Positions 39,204 to 49,710 are shown, counted from the first letter of the stretch. The stretch is DNA of 64,000 bases from an archaeon (GCA_043822065.1 JBDRCC010000001.1:1-64000); one strand, 5' to 3'. Numbers and translations are program-made. Notes: generated from the sequence alone by a model not told the origin.

Positions 39204-40496
39204 ATGAAAGAAGTCTTAGATAAGATTACCCCTTCCAAAGAGGAGCGGGAGAGGGTCCACAGGCTTGCGCAGGAGATGGTCGCGGAGATACGGAAGCTTG
39301 GCTACCATGCAGAGGTGATGGGCTCAATCGCGAAGGAGACCTGGGTCTCAGGCGAGGCTGACATCGACATATTTGTTTTCTTCAGCCAGAAGACGACAAA
39401 GCAGGAGCTAGAAAGGAAAGGCCTGGAGCTCGGGAAGAAAATATTCAAGAAGCTCGGGGGGAGCTTTGAGATTGGGTTTGCCGAGCACCCTTACGTCAAG
39501 GGCGAGATAAGGGGAATAGGCGCGGACATTGTACCTTGCTACAAGCTCAAGAAGGTCGAGATAAAGAGCGCGGTGGACCGGACGCCGTTCCACACGCATT
39601 ACGTCAACAAAAGGCTGAAGAAGCCCCAGAGGAAAGAAGTCCTCCTGCTCAAGCAGTTCTGCCGCGGGCAGGAGATATACGGCTCCGAGCTGAAGACGGA
39701 GGGGCTTTCCGGCTACCTCTGCGAGATTCTCATACTCAGGTACGGGACGTTCTCAGACTGCATCGACGCGATTTCGAAGTGGAAGGAGGGCAAGATAATA
39801 GACATTGAGGAGCATTACCTCAAGGACGAAGCCGAAAAGCTCAGGCAGCAGTTCAGGGCCCCGCTGATAGCCATAGACCCTGTCGACCTGAACAGGAACG
39901 TTGCCGCGGTGCTAAGCAGGAAGAACCTGCTCAAACTGATAAAAGCTGCAAAGGGGTACAGGCAGAAGCCGTCTGAAAAGTTCTTTTTCCAGGGAAGGGT
40001 TGAGCCCATGAGCCCAAGGAGAATAAAGGGCTGCATGTTTGTCGTCTTCCCGCGGGAAAAGGTGCTTGACGACATAATCTACCCGCAGATGAGGTCGACT
40101 GCCAAGAAGATATCCACCGCGCTCATGATTAACGGGTTTGAGGTGCTGAAGGAGGGCGCCTGGGCGAACGGGAGCTGCGTCCTTGTGTTCAGGCTCAAGT
40201 CTGCAAGGATTCCAAAGAAGTACAAGCACTACGGCCCCCCGCTTGAGATGAAGGAGCACACCGCAAGGTTCCGGAAGAAGTACAAGTCTGTGAAAAAGGA
40301 AGGAAAGCGGCTTGTCGTCCTGAGGGAAAGGAAGTACCAGGAGGCTGACGCCTTCCTTAAGGCTTACCTGAGGAAGGAAAAAGGCATCGCAAGCCACCTT
40401 GACGCAAAAAAGGCGAAGATGGTAACGGATGCCAAAAGCATTTTCAGGGAGGATTTCGGCCAGTGGCTCACAAAGTGGTACAATGAAAAAGACTAA
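39204..40496 (+). CDS. cca: CCA-adding enzyme (class I, archaeal)
   Basis: GSIAKETW..DIDIF, AEHPY, DIVPC, SAVDRTPFH, SGYLCE, DPVD..RNVAA. Confidence 0.95.
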   Translation: MKEVLDKITPSKEERERVHRLAQEMVAEIRKLGYHAEVMGSIAKETWVSGEADIDIFVFFSQKTTKQELERKGLELGKKIFKKLGGSFEIGFAEHPYVKGEIRGIGADIVPCYKLKKVEIKSAVDRTPFHTHYVNKRLKKPQRKEVLLLKQFCRGQEIYGSELKTEGLSGYLCEILILRYGTFSDCIDAISKWKEGKIIDIEEHYLKDEAEKLRQQFRAPLIAIDPVDLNRNVAAVLSRKNLLKLIKAAKGYRQKPSEKFFFQGRVEPMSPRRIKGCMFVVFPREKVLDDIIYPQMRSTAKKISTALMINGFEVLKEGAWANGSCVLVFRLKSARIPKKYKHYGPPLEMKEHTARFRKKYKSVKKEGKRLVVLRERKYQEADAFLKAYLRKEKGIASHLDAKKAKMVTDAKSIFREDFGQWLTKWYNEKD

Positions 40497-40500
40497 TAAA

Positions 40501-40956
40501 ATGAAGCTTGCTGGCAAATGCCCGGTCTGCGGAAGCGACCTTGAGTACAGCTGGAGCGAAGAGAACATACCCTACTTTGGAAACATACTCATAACCCTGC
40601 TCAAGTGCAAGTGCGGGTACAAGTCGTCGGACGCCATCTCAACTGATGAAAAGGCGCCCTACCACGGAGAGCTGAAGGTCTCGAAAAAGACACTGAACAC
40701 TAGGATAGTGAAATCGAGCACGGGAAACGTCAGAATCCCTGAGCTCGGGGTGGACATCAGCTCAGGCCCCGCATCTGAAGGATACGTCAGCAATGCGGAG
40801 GGTGTGTTGAACAGGATAGAAGAGGCGATAGGGAGCAGGAGGGGCGGGGCGAAAGTGAAGAAGATGATGGCTGACGTAAGGGCTGGAAAAAAGACAGTTA
40901 CCCTGATAATCGACGATCCCAAGGGGAACTCTTTCATCGTGAAGGCTGAGAGATAA
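40501..40956 (+). CDS. ZPR1-type zinc finger protein
   Basis: CPVCG..IPYFG..CKCGY, IPELG, GPASEGYVSNAEGVL, DPKGNS. Confidence 0.9.
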   Translation: MKLAGKCPVCGSDLEYSWSEENIPYFGNILITLLKCKCGYKSSDAISTDEKAPYHGELKVSKKTLNTRIVKSSTGNVRIPELGVDISSGPASEGYVSNAEGVLNRIEEAIGSRRGGAKVKKMMADVRAGKKTVTLIIDDPKGNSFIVKAER

Positions 40957-41209
40957 TTCGTTCAATTTCTGCCTTTTTCGACATATTGAGGTAGTAGGCG
41001 TCGCCGTGACGGGTTTTTCCATAACAGCAGACAAGACGCTGCTGCATCAGGTCGTGAAGGACGTACTTTACATAGCCCCTCAGGTGCGCATCAATGCCGG
41101 ATTGGAGCCGTTCGAATAATAGATGACCTTTCCCCCATGCCGTTTCGCGGTAAAGCCTCCTAAGGACCGCCTTCCGGATTTCATTGTAATTCTCTGGCGA
41201 GATTCCCAT
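40934..41209 (-). CDS. Small putative winged-helix protein
   Basis: 91 aa; helical N-terminus and wing-like GKTRHGDAYYLN; divergent from a wHTH gene. Confidence 0.55.
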   Translation of the reverse strand: MGISPENYNEIRKAVLRRLYRETAWGKGHLLFERLQSGIDAHLRGYVKYVLHDLMQQRLVCCYGKTRHGDAYYLNMSKKAEIERIISQPSR

Positions 41210-41323
41210 AAAATCACTGGCGGGTTTGTTTGTATTTAAAGTTTCCTGAAGAGACTTTCTAAAAATAGCCGCTACGGGCTAAAAATAGAAAAGCTTATAA
41301 ATTCTGAAACCTAAGTATGAAGC

Positions 41324-41668
41324 ATGAGTGAAGTGCCCGAATCAATATTCATAGAAACCTTCGGCAATTCGCCGATGAACAGGGTGCTTGATTTTTTAGT
41401 CACCTATGAGGGGTTTGACTACTCCATGACGCAGATTGCCGAGTATTCTGAAATCGGATACGCCACCTTAAAACTGTTCTGGAAGAACCTCGAAGAGAAC
41501 GGAATAGTGAAGATGACGAGGAAGGTCGGGAACGCAAAGATGTACAAACTGAACCTTGATAGTCCCGTCGTCCAGAAGTTCTGGGATTTCTACTGGGCAG
41601 TCGCCAAAATCAAGACTGATGATTACTTCAGGAAAGAGGGGCTCCTCCAAGCCGCCAAAAAGGTTTAA
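41324..41668 (+). CDS. Winged helix-turn-helix regulator
   Basis: FGNSPMNRVLDFL, YSMTQIAE, RKVGNAKMYKLN. Confidence 0.8.
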   Translation: MSEVPESIFIETFGNSPMNRVLDFLVTYEGFDYSMTQIAEYSEIGYATLKLFWKNLEENGIVKMTRKVGNAKMYKLNLDSPVVQKFWDFYWAVAKIKTDDYFRKEGLLQAAKKV

Positions 41669-41691
41669 ATCCCACGAGGGTTAGTTTTCTT

Positions 41692-42954
41692 ATGAAGTCC
41701 TCAAAAATATCCGGGTTCTACAAGCTCCCAATAGGGGAGCGGCTGAGGATTGTAAAGGAGTTTGCCGGGCTGTCTGACGAGGAGGCCGGGCTGCTGGCGA
41801 AGGCGTCGGCGCTTCCCTTTGAGACTGCGGACAGGATGGTGGAGAATGCGCTTGGCTCATTCCCGCTGCCGCTCGGGGTTGCAGTGAATTTTACAGTAAA
41901 CGGCAGGGACTACCTTATCCCAATGGCGACTGAAGAGCCGTCCGTGATTGCAGCCGCGTCGAATGCTGCAAAGATTGCCAGTGCAAATGGCGGGTTCAAG
42001 GCGAAGGCTGACGCGCCCGTGATGATAGGGCAGGTCCAGGTCACCGGGCTGAAGAGCCTTGCCGCTGCGAAGCGGAAGATACTCGCATCCAAAACGGAAA
42101 TAATCAAAGCCTGCAACGAGAAGGACCCGATGCTCGTCAAGTTCGGCGGCGGGTGCAAGGGCGTAGAGGTCAGGATGTTTGAAAAGGAGAAGATGCTCGT
42201 TGTCCACCTGCTTGTGGACTGCAGGGACGCGATGGGCGCGAACGCGGTAAACACGATGGCAGAAGCGGTTTCGCCGCTGATTGAGAAATTGTCCGGCGGG
42301 AGAGTCTACCTCCGGATACTGTCGAATTATGCTGACAAAAGGCTTGTCCGCGCAGAAGCAGTCTTCGGCAAGGAGGCGCTCGGCGGAAAGGACTCTGTCG
42401 ACGGGATAATCTGGGCGTACAAGTTTGCAAAGGCAGACCCCTACCGGGCGGCGACGCACAACAAGGGGATAATGAACGGCATTTCGGCAGCCATAATCGC
42501 AACCGGGAACGACTTCAGGGCAATCGAAGCCGGGGCGCACGCCTTTGCCTCAAAGAGCGGGAAGTACATGCCGCTGACAAGGTATGAAAAGACAAAAAGC
42601 GGGGACCTTAAGGGGTATATCGAAATACCGATGGCGGTCGGAACAGTGGGCGGGGCGACGAAGGTCCACCCTGTCGCGAAGGTCAACATGAAGATTCTTG
42701 GGGTTAAGTCCGCCACCGAGCTGGCAGAGGTCATTGCATCGCTTGGGCTTGCACAGAACCTGGCCGCGCTCAGGGCGCTGGCGAACGAGGGCATCCAGCG
42801 GGGGCACATGGGCCTGCACGCGAGGAATGTCGCCGCCACGGCCGGCGCGAAGGGGAAGGACATAGACAGGATTGCAGAGCTGATGATTAAGGAGAAAAAT
42901 ATCAGCATAGAGCGGGCAACGAAACTGCTTGAGAGTTCTAGTCGACTGCAATGA
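41692..42954 (+). CDS. mvaA: HMG-CoA reductase, class II
   Basis: SKISGFYK, PMATEEPSVIAA, DAMGANAVN, RAATHNKGIMNG, GIQRGHMGLH. Confidence 0.93.
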   Translation: MKSSKISGFYKLPIGERLRIVKEFAGLSDEEAGLLAKASALPFETADRMVENALGSFPLPLGVAVNFTVNGRDYLIPMATEEPSVIAAASNAAKIASANGGFKAKADAPVMIGQVQVTGLKSLAAAKRKILASKTEIIKACNEKDPMLVKFGGGCKGVEVRMFEKEKMLVVHLLVDCRDAMGANAVNTMAEAVSPLIEKLSGGRVYLRILSNYADKRLVRAEAVFGKEALGGKDSVDGIIWAYKFAKADPYRAATHNKGIMNGISAAIIATGNDFRAIEAGAHAFASKSGKYMPLTRYEKTKSGDLKGYIEIPMAVGTVGGATKVHPVAKVNMKILGVKSATELAEVIASLGLAQNLAALRALANEGIQRGHMGLHARNVAATAGAKGKDIDRIAELMIKEKNISIERATKLLESSSRLQ

Positions 42955-42971
42955 GAGGATTTTTCTGACAA

Positions 42972-43107
42972 TTAGTATACTAAACATATCACACGTTTTT
43001 TTATAGTAATACATCCTAAATAAACGCTACACTCTAAAAAAATAGATATTTTGTATACTATCGATATATGAAAAAATATATAAATTAGTATACTAAATTG
43101 TATACAA
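42972..43107. promoter_or_regulatory. Repeated GTATAC-centred palindromes upstream of the Fic gene
   Basis: TTAGTATACTAA at 42972-42983 and 43085-43096; TTGTATACTA at 43051-43060; TTGTATACAA at 43098-43107. Confidence 0.55.
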
Positions 43108-43132
43108 AACAATTAATCTTATTAAAAAGACG

Positions 43133-44185
43133 ATGAGACACATAGTTAAGAAAAATATTAGCGGAAACGAGTATTATTATTTTCAACTCAAGCTAGCGTC
43201 GATAGACCCAAAAAAGGAGCCGTATCTGTACAGCAAGTACATTGGCGAGTATTTGCCGTCAGAGTCTGTTCTAAAAAACTTTTTAATGAAGCGGGCGGAA
43301 GATTTGGCGATAATTACTGCGAGTAACCTTGGTAAGGGCATACGTACATATTTCAGAAATGGACCGGATATTAAAGAAGTAGAAAGGGATAGATGGTGGT
43401 TTTATTTTATTAACAATTACGATCTTTTTGAGGATCAAAATTCTACGTATCAGTCATTATTTGCCATACTATTTACGCTCCATACAAATGTAATAGAGGG
43501 CTCCAAAATGAGACAAGACGATATTATCGCCATGACTAGTGACTCCCGGAAGAAAGTAGTCACCTTCGAAGAGAAAGAGGTCACAAATACCCTGGATGCA
43601 CTCAAGTTTTCAGTTTCTAATGAAATGAAGTGGAATGTATCTTCAATAAAAAAACTTCATAGTAAGATATTGCCGGATGACCCCTTGGCCGGAAAATTTA
43701 GGATACGGGAGGTGGAGGTTGGTGATGCGACGCGAACGCGACTGTACAATACCGTGGAACCGCAAAAAATTAGAAAAGAACTTAGAGAGTTACTTTACTG
43801 GTTCAACAGGGAACATAACAAGGTATATCCTCCTCAACTAGCTCTTGAATTCCATTGGAGATTTGAGAGAATCCACCCATTTCAAGATGGAAATGGGCGA
43901 GTAGGGAGATTACTGCTAAATAGAATACTAATTGAGCACCACTTCATGCCAGTGATTTTCTTTTCGGAAAACGTTAGACAGTATTACGATGCAATAGCGC
44001 AAGCTAGAAACGGTAATTCTAGCAAGTTAGCTACGTTTTTCCTTAGGCAAAATAAAAAAACAAAGGAAGCCATGGAGCGTTTTAAAAGGGAAGGTATTGT
44101 CTCAGGACGGCGCTCTAGGATAGGTAGATGGACGATTAAAAGAGGAAAAACACCGAAAGAGTACGACGTAGAGGCCGAGGAATAA
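43133..44185 (+). CDS. Fic domain protein (AT-rich insert)
   Basis: Canonical HPFQDGNGRVGR motif and TNVIEG. Confidence 0.92.
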   Translation: MRHIVKKNISGNEYYYFQLKLASIDPKKEPYLYSKYIGEYLPSESVLKNFLMKRAEDLAIITASNLGKGIRTYFRNGPDIKEVERDRWWFYFINNYDLFEDQNSTYQSLFAILFTLHTNVIEGSKMRQDDIIAMTSDSRKKVVTFEEKEVTNTLDALKFSVSNEMKWNVSSIKKLHSKILPDDPLAGKFRIREVEVGDATRTRLYNTVEPQKIRKELRELLYWFNREHNKVYPPQLALEFHWRFERIHPFQDGNGRVGRLLLNRILIEHHFMPVIFFSENVRQYYDAIAQARNGNSSKLATFFLRQNKKTKEAMERFKREGIVSGRRSRIGRWTIKRGKTPKEYDVEAEE

Positions 44186-44213
44186 TCTAACTTTTTGACA
44201 TAAAGTTTAATGT

Positions 44214-45875
44214 TTACTTCTGGCCTAAGTACAGCTGGTCGATATAGCTAAGGTCGCTGCAGTCCTCCGGCTTCCGGTCGTCCCTGAGGCAGACGAGCCG
44301 AGGAAAGCGGAGGGCGTAGCCTGACGAGTATGTCGGAGATTTCTGTATCTCCTCGTAAGCGATTTCAAAGACAACTTCCGGCTTGATTTCAATCTTCTGG
44401 CCTTTCTCCGAGATTGCCAGGGGCTTGAGGAGCGCGGTCAGCTCCCTGAACTGGTCGTCGGACAGTCCCGTCGCCATTTTGCCGATTTCCAAAAACTCGC
44501 CGGTCTGGGCGTCCCGGCAGGCAAGGTAGAACGAGCCGAACCAGGACGTCCTCCTCCCTTCGCCCCAGTCGGCGCCGATGACGACGAGGTCGAGGTTTTC
44601 CATTGTAGGCTTGATTTTGAGCATGTACCCGACCCGCGAGCCAGGCTTGTACCCGGCGTCGAGGTTTTTCGCCATTATGCCCTCCTGCCTGTCCTTCAGG
44701 GCGGCGTCATAGAATTTCTGTATCTCCTTTTCATTGTCTGACACTATCTTTGTGGAGAGCCTTAGGCGGTCTGACTGTGACACAATCTTTTCAAGGGCTT
44801 CCCTGCGCCTTTTGAGCGGCTCGGAGAGGTAGTTCTTCCCGTCGAGGTAGAGGAGGTCGAATAGGTGGAGGGTGACCGGGTGGGACTTGGCTACCTCGTC
44901 GATGTCGTACTTCCGCTTTATCCGCTTTGAAAGCATCTGGAAGGGTAGCGCCTTCCCCGTCTTTGGGTCGGTGGCGACGGCTTCGCCTTCGATAATTGCG
45001 TTTTTTGCCTTGACTCCGTGCGAGACCATCTTGACTATGTCCGGGAACTGTTTTGTCACATCCTCAAGGCGGCGGGTATAAACTGTGATTTTTTTGTCAA
45101 CGATGTGTATCTGGGTGCGGGCGCCGTCGAACTTGTACTCGTACTGCGCCTTGCCTATGCGCTGGACCGCGTCCTTGATTCCATCTGCCTTCTGGGCGAG
45201 CATTACCTTGAGCGCCCTGCCTGGCTCGAGCTTGGACTTGAGGAGGCCGGGTTCCCCTGAGGACTTTGCAATCTTTGAGACCTCACTGAAGTCGTTGAGG
45301 ATGTCGTATGAGTGCTGGACCGCCTGCGGCGAGACTTCGAACGCCTTTGCAATGGCGTCGCGGACTATGCCCTCGCCGACCCCAATTCTCAGGGTGCCGA
45401 GTATCGTCCTCACTATGTAGCATGCTTCCGCCGGGCTGGCGGAGGAGAGGAGCTTTGAGACGACAGCCATTTTCCTGTCCACCGACTTCGCCCCGGAGAT
45501 TTCAGCAAGGCGTTTCAGTTCGGAGTGGACGCCTGCGGTGTCAAGGGTCGCAGATGCAAGCGTCTGCTGCCTTTTGAATTTAAGGAGCTCCCGCGCGGTT
45601 AGCCCGTGGTCCCCGGTCTTTTTCATGGCTTCGTCAAACTTTGCCTTTGGCGCGCCCGAGACCCGGAGGATTGCCTTCTCGACGAGCTTTGAGGCGATTC
45701 CTATCTCCTTGTCTGAGTGCGGGGGAAAGACCCTGCCCTGGGAGAGGAGGACTACCGAGCCGAGGACTGCAGAAGGCGTTTTTGCTAGGAACTCAGCCAG
45801 TAGGGCAGTCTTTTCCAAAGTCTTTGGCGTGGACTCAAGGCGCCCGTATAAGCCTGCCAGTTCGGAGTACCGCAT
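44214..45875 (-). CDS. lig: ATP-dependent DNA ligase
   Basis: EYKFDGAR, EGIMAK, ALRFPR. Confidence 0.97.
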   Translation of the reverse strand: MRYSELAGLYGRLESTPKTLEKTALLAEFLAKTPSAVLGSVVLLSQGRVFPPHSDKEIGIASKLVEKAILRVSGAPKAKFDEAMKKTGDHGLTARELLKFKRQQTLASATLDTAGVHSELKRLAEISGAKSVDRKMAVVSKLLSSASPAEACYIVRTILGTLRIGVGEGIVRDAIAKAFEVSPQAVQHSYDILNDFSEVSKIAKSSGEPGLLKSKLEPGRALKVMLAQKADGIKDAVQRIGKAQYEYKFDGARTQIHIVDKKITVYTRRLEDVTKQFPDIVKMVSHGVKAKNAIIEGEAVATDPKTGKALPFQMLSKRIKRKYDIDEVAKSHPVTLHLFDLLYLDGKNYLSEPLKRRREALEKIVSQSDRLRLSTKIVSDNEKEIQKFYDAALKDRQEGIMAKNLDAGYKPGSRVGYMLKIKPTMENLDLVVIGADWGEGRRTSWFGSFYLACRDAQTGEFLEIGKMATGLSDDQFRELTALLKPLAISEKGQKIEIKPEVVFEIAYEEIQKSPTYSSGYALRFPRLVCLRDDRKPEDCSDLSYIDQLYLGQK

Positions 45876-45957
45876 GAGCCTCTATAAGCTCAGCACGTTT
45901 TTAATGCTTTAGAGGGCAAGATAGAATTTTAAACCGGTGCTCTATTAGCATATTAAG

Positions 45958-47682
45958 TTGCTAGGGATATCTGCAAGCAAGACAAAGAGAATTTTGGCCT
46001 ACGCAAAGCCGCATCTAGGGCTGATGGCGCTTGTCTTCCTGGTTATGATAGTCGCCACGGCGCTCGGGCTCGTCAACCCGTACCTTATGAAGATATTAAT
46101 CGACGACGTCCTCGTCGCCGGAAACCTCAGGCTCTTTGCATACGTGCTCGGCGCGTATATTGTGGTGATGGTGATTGCGATAGGGGTTACCATCGCGCTC
46201 AGCTATTATTCCACGCTCCTGACTGAGCGGATTGCACTTGACGTGAGGAGGCAGCTGTTCAACCACATTGAGTCGATGTCCCTCGGCTTCTTCAAGGAGC
46301 GCAAGACGGGGGACATAGTGTCGCGGCTGATGACAGACGTCTATGGGGTGCAGTCGTACATAACGACGTTCATGAACGGCATAGTGCTGAACATCATAAC
46401 CCTGGTGATAATATTCGCAATAACGATGTCAATCAACTGGCAGATTACGCTGATTTCCCTCTACATCGTGCCGTTTTATATCTGGGCTGAGAAGTACTAC
46501 GGCAACCTGATGCGGAAGCAGAGGAGGAAGCTGCGGGAGCAAAGCGCAGACATGCTGGGCTTCCTTGAGGAGAACATAAACTTCGTCAAGCTGGTCAAGA
46601 GGTTCCACAGGGAGGAGTATGCCGAGGCGGACTTCAAGAGGCGGGCGGAGAAGATGCTCAAGCTGGACGTCAAGGCGTCGCTCACGGGCGGGCTGGCTTC
46701 AAGCTTCATCGCGCTTGTGACATTCCTGCCCCTACTTGTCATCTTGGGGATTGGCGGCTACCAGGTGATAAAGGGGATGCTTACCATCGGCGGGATGATT
46801 GCGATATACACTTATATCGGCAAGCTGTTCGAGCCGATTGACAGCCTGAACTCCTCGGTCATGTCCCTCCAGGGCGCGCTTGCGTCCGTGGACCGCGTGT
46901 TTGAGTTCCTCGACAAGAAGGAAAAGATAGTGGACGCCCCTGACAGCGTGGCTGTCAAGTCCCTGAAGGGGGAGATAGAGTTCAAGAAAGTCAGCTTCAA
47001 GTTCAAGGACAAGGTCATCCTGGACAACGCAAGCTTCAGGATAAAGCCTGGCGAGCAGGCTTATCTCATCGGCGCCAGCGGGAGCGGGAAGAGCACGATT
47101 GGCGACCTGATATTCAGGTTCTACGACCCGGACAAGGGGCAGGTGCTCATTGACGGCATGGATGTAAAAAAAATCAAGATTGGCTCCCTGCGCGAGCGGC
47201 TGGGGATTGGCTCGCAGGAGCTGATACTCTTCAATACCACGATTGCCGACAACATCCGCTTTGGCAAGACGCACGCAAAAATGGAGGAGGTAAAGGCGGC
47301 GGCGAAGACTGCGCAGGCTGCGGACTTCATCGAAAAAATGCCGGAAGGCTACGAGACAGTAGTAGGGCCTGGCGGCGGGCTTCTTTCCGGCGGGCAAAAG
47401 CAGAGGATATCCCTATCGAGGACGATTCTGCACAACCCGGACATCTACATACTTGACGAGGTAACGACCGGGCTTGACCCGGAGTCTGAGAAAAAGATAG
47501 AAAGCGCCCTGCGGGAAGTGACCAAAGGCAAGACGACGGTGTACATAACTCACAAGCTCCGCTCTGCAAAAGGCGCGAAGAGGATTCTCTTCTTGAGGGA
47601 CGGGAAAATAGTAGAGGATGGAAGCTTCGACGCGTTGCTCAAGAAGAAAGGAGATTTTTACAAGTTCTACAAAGAAGGATAA
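45958..47682 (+). CDS. ABC exporter (fused TMD-NBD, MsbA-like)
   Basis: 6-TM domain, GASGSGKST, LSGGQKQR, ILDE; no N-terminal C39 peptidase. Confidence 0.93.
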   Translation: MLGISASKTKRILAYAKPHLGLMALVFLVMIVATALGLVNPYLMKILIDDVLVAGNLRLFAYVLGAYIVVMVIAIGVTIALSYYSTLLTERIALDVRRQLFNHIESMSLGFFKERKTGDIVSRLMTDVYGVQSYITTFMNGIVLNIITLVIIFAITMSINWQITLISLYIVPFYIWAEKYYGNLMRKQRRKLREQSADMLGFLEENINFVKLVKRFHREEYAEADFKRRAEKMLKLDVKASLTGGLASSFIALVTFLPLLVILGIGGYQVIKGMLTIGGMIAIYTYIGKLFEPIDSLNSSVMSLQGALASVDRVFEFLDKKEKIVDAPDSVAVKSLKGEIEFKKVSFKFKDKVILDNASFRIKPGEQAYLIGASGSGKSTIGDLIFRFYDPDKGQVLIDGMDVKKIKIGSLRERLGIGSQELILFNTTIADNIRFGKTHAKMEEVKAAAKTAQAADFIEKMPEGYETVVGPGGGLLSGGQKQRISLSRTILHNPDIYILDEVTTGLDPESEKKIESALREVTKGKTTVYITHKLRSAKGAKRILFLRDGKIVEDGSFDALLKKKGDFYKFYKEG

Positions 47683-47735
47683 GAATAAGTAGGAATGCAT
47701 AATCTAAATAAAGAAACTAAAGCATATAAGCCATT

Positions 47736-49526
47736 ATGAAAATTCTGCTAATAGAGCCCAATGTACAAACATCAAATTACGTGTCCCAACGGGACTACAG
47801 GGACAATGGTGAGTTGGAGTCACCATGGGCAGGCTATCTAGCCGCAGTTATAGGTAGAAGGCATGATATAAAGTTCATAAATTGCTCGTTTCCCCCAACG
47901 GATAGTAGCGGATACTTTAGTATTAAAAGAAAGAAGAGCATTACCGATATTGAAATTTTGAACAACTTTAGAAAGTTCTCACCTTCGGTAGTCGCGTTTA
48001 CATCTTATGAAAAATCATTTGAGAGAGTAGTAAAATTGGCAAAAAAGTTCAAGAGGACAAACCCAGCGTGCAAGATAGTCTTAGGTGGGCATTACCCAAC
48101 GTTCACCTATACGCAATTGTTAGATGGGACGTGGTGCGATATCGTGGTTGTTGGTGAGGGATTCATTACCATAAAAGAATTAGTGTCATGTATAAACGCT
48201 GGAAAAAGCTTTGATGAAGTTAAAGGAATAGCCTATTTAGAGAATAATAGGATAGTTTATACTGGACGACGGGAGCCATTAAAAGATTTGGACGTTTTAC
48301 CGTTTCCAGATAGGCAGATATACCCAAAATGCAAGGAGCTTACGGATAGCAGCATACTAATTATATCGTCGATGGGCTGCCCGTGGGGAAAATGCACATT
48401 TTGCAGTATTGGGGCGTTTTATAATGGGCGACATTATGCAACACGATCGGCTAAAAACATTCTTGACGAGATTGAGTCAGTAGCTAGGGTAAGGGAAGTA
48501 AAATCAGTCCATTTTGTCACGGAAGGGGCACTTTATCAGCTAAAAAGCATTATAAATGAAAAAGTAAAACGAGGGCTAAATTTTAAATTTACATTAGAGG
48601 CAAGGATTGATGAGATCCTAAGATTTAAAGACAGTATAAGCTACGCAAAAAAAAATGGATTGGACGGGTTTCTTATAGGCATAGAAGTATTTTCCGACAG
48701 GATTTTAAAAATATTTAATAAAGGTTTGACCTGTGACAAAATAATATCTGCGCTCGACTACTTAGATGATTTGAGGATACCTAAATTGCTAGCATTTATT
48801 CCGTTTTCACCCTGGATAACCCGGGAAGAATTTTTATACAATCTTAGAATGATGCTAAATTGCGCAGTCTGGAAAGATCCAAGACTGTATTATATCCCGT
48901 TAAACGAAATCTTTCAAGAGGTTGAGTTTTACGCTGGAACTGAATTGCGAAAGCAGTATGGTAGGAGTTTAGATTATGAGAATGCGGACCTAAAAAAGGC
49001 GCTAGATAGGATGACTCATATACGAAGTATCAATAAACGCGTAGGGGATGCGGACACTGGCTCAGTAAGACTAAAATGGATCTCACTTGCGAGATATGTA
49101 GCTGGCAGTATTAGGGCGAAGAGTAAGTATCATGGTAAGGGGATACCTGGGATCGGCCTAAATGCACAATACATAACAATAAACAAAGAAGACACGCCTT
49201 GCTTAATAAACAAAGATAGGACAATATATCGCCTTAATGGAAAGGAGTTGCGCGCAATGAGGGAATTAAAGCAAAAATCGCCTAATTTGTATGAAGAGAT
49301 AGGGATGGTGATACTGCCCAGCAAGTCATATTTAGTAGATGTTATGCGCAAGAGGGCCGCGCCTATAACAAAAGAACAGCTTGTTTTTGCGCAGTATTCT
49401 CTAATGGGGTTGACTGAAGGGGAGATACGCAAGCAATTCGAGTATGAAAAACTGAGGTACGCCCCGGGCAACATAAAAAGGTATTTAAATATAAAGAGAG
49501 ATAGTTTGTATCGGAGGGAGGTATAA
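47736..49526 (+). CDS. B12-binding radical SAM enzyme with C-terminal extension
   Basis: IVLGGHYPT, VVGEG, CPWGKCTFC (CX4CX2C); extra ~150 aa C-terminal region. Confidence 0.88.
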   Translation: MKILLIEPNVQTSNYVSQRDYRDNGELESPWAGYLAAVIGRRHDIKFINCSFPPTDSSGYFSIKRKKSITDIEILNNFRKFSPSVVAFTSYEKSFERVVKLAKKFKRTNPACKIVLGGHYPTFTYTQLLDGTWCDIVVVGEGFITIKELVSCINAGKSFDEVKGIAYLENNRIVYTGRREPLKDLDVLPFPDRQIYPKCKELTDSSILIISSMGCPWGKCTFCSIGAFYNGRHYATRSAKNILDEIESVARVREVKSVHFVTEGALYQLKSIINEKVKRGLNFKFTLEARIDEILRFKDSISYAKKNGLDGFLIGIEVFSDRILKIFNKGLTCDKIISALDYLDDLRIPKLLAFIPFSPWITREEFLYNLRMMLNCAVWKDPRLYYIPLNEIFQEVEFYAGTELRKQYGRSLDYENADLKKALDRMTHIRSINKRVGDADTGSVRLKWISLARYVAGSIRAKSKYHGKGIPGIGLNAQYITINKEDTPCLINKDRTIYRLNGKELRAMRELKQKSPNLYEEIGMVILPSKSYLVDVMRKRAAPITKEQLVFAQYSLMGLTEGEIRKQFEYEKLRYAPGNIKRYLNIKRDSLYRREV

Positions 49527-49527
49527 A

Positions 49528-49710
49528 ATGCCAGAAATTAAAAAACTTAATCCGCCAACAGTTGACAAAATAGTGACTAACATGGGGAAAGTGAATTTAG
49601 CTCCAGAGTCAATAACGGCTATTCGTGGGGTTATAAAGGAACAGAAAGATGGCGCCGACACAAATATTGTTGACTGCAAAGGCAACCCGAACATGCTGGG
49701 TCAGAAATAG
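49528..49710 (+). CDS. Small peptide A, candidate RiPP precursor (60 aa)
   Basis: Strong GGAGGT RBS, starts 1 nt after the rSAM stop; shares a motif with peptide B. Confidence 0.7.
   Translation: MPEIKKLNPPTVDKIVTNMGKVNLAPESITAIRGVIKEQKDGADTNIVDCKGNPNMLGQK

Noticed and set aside
45958-47682. Peptidase-containing ABC transporter (PCAT)
   Set aside because: No N-terminal C39 domain, and the peptides lack a double-glycine leader.
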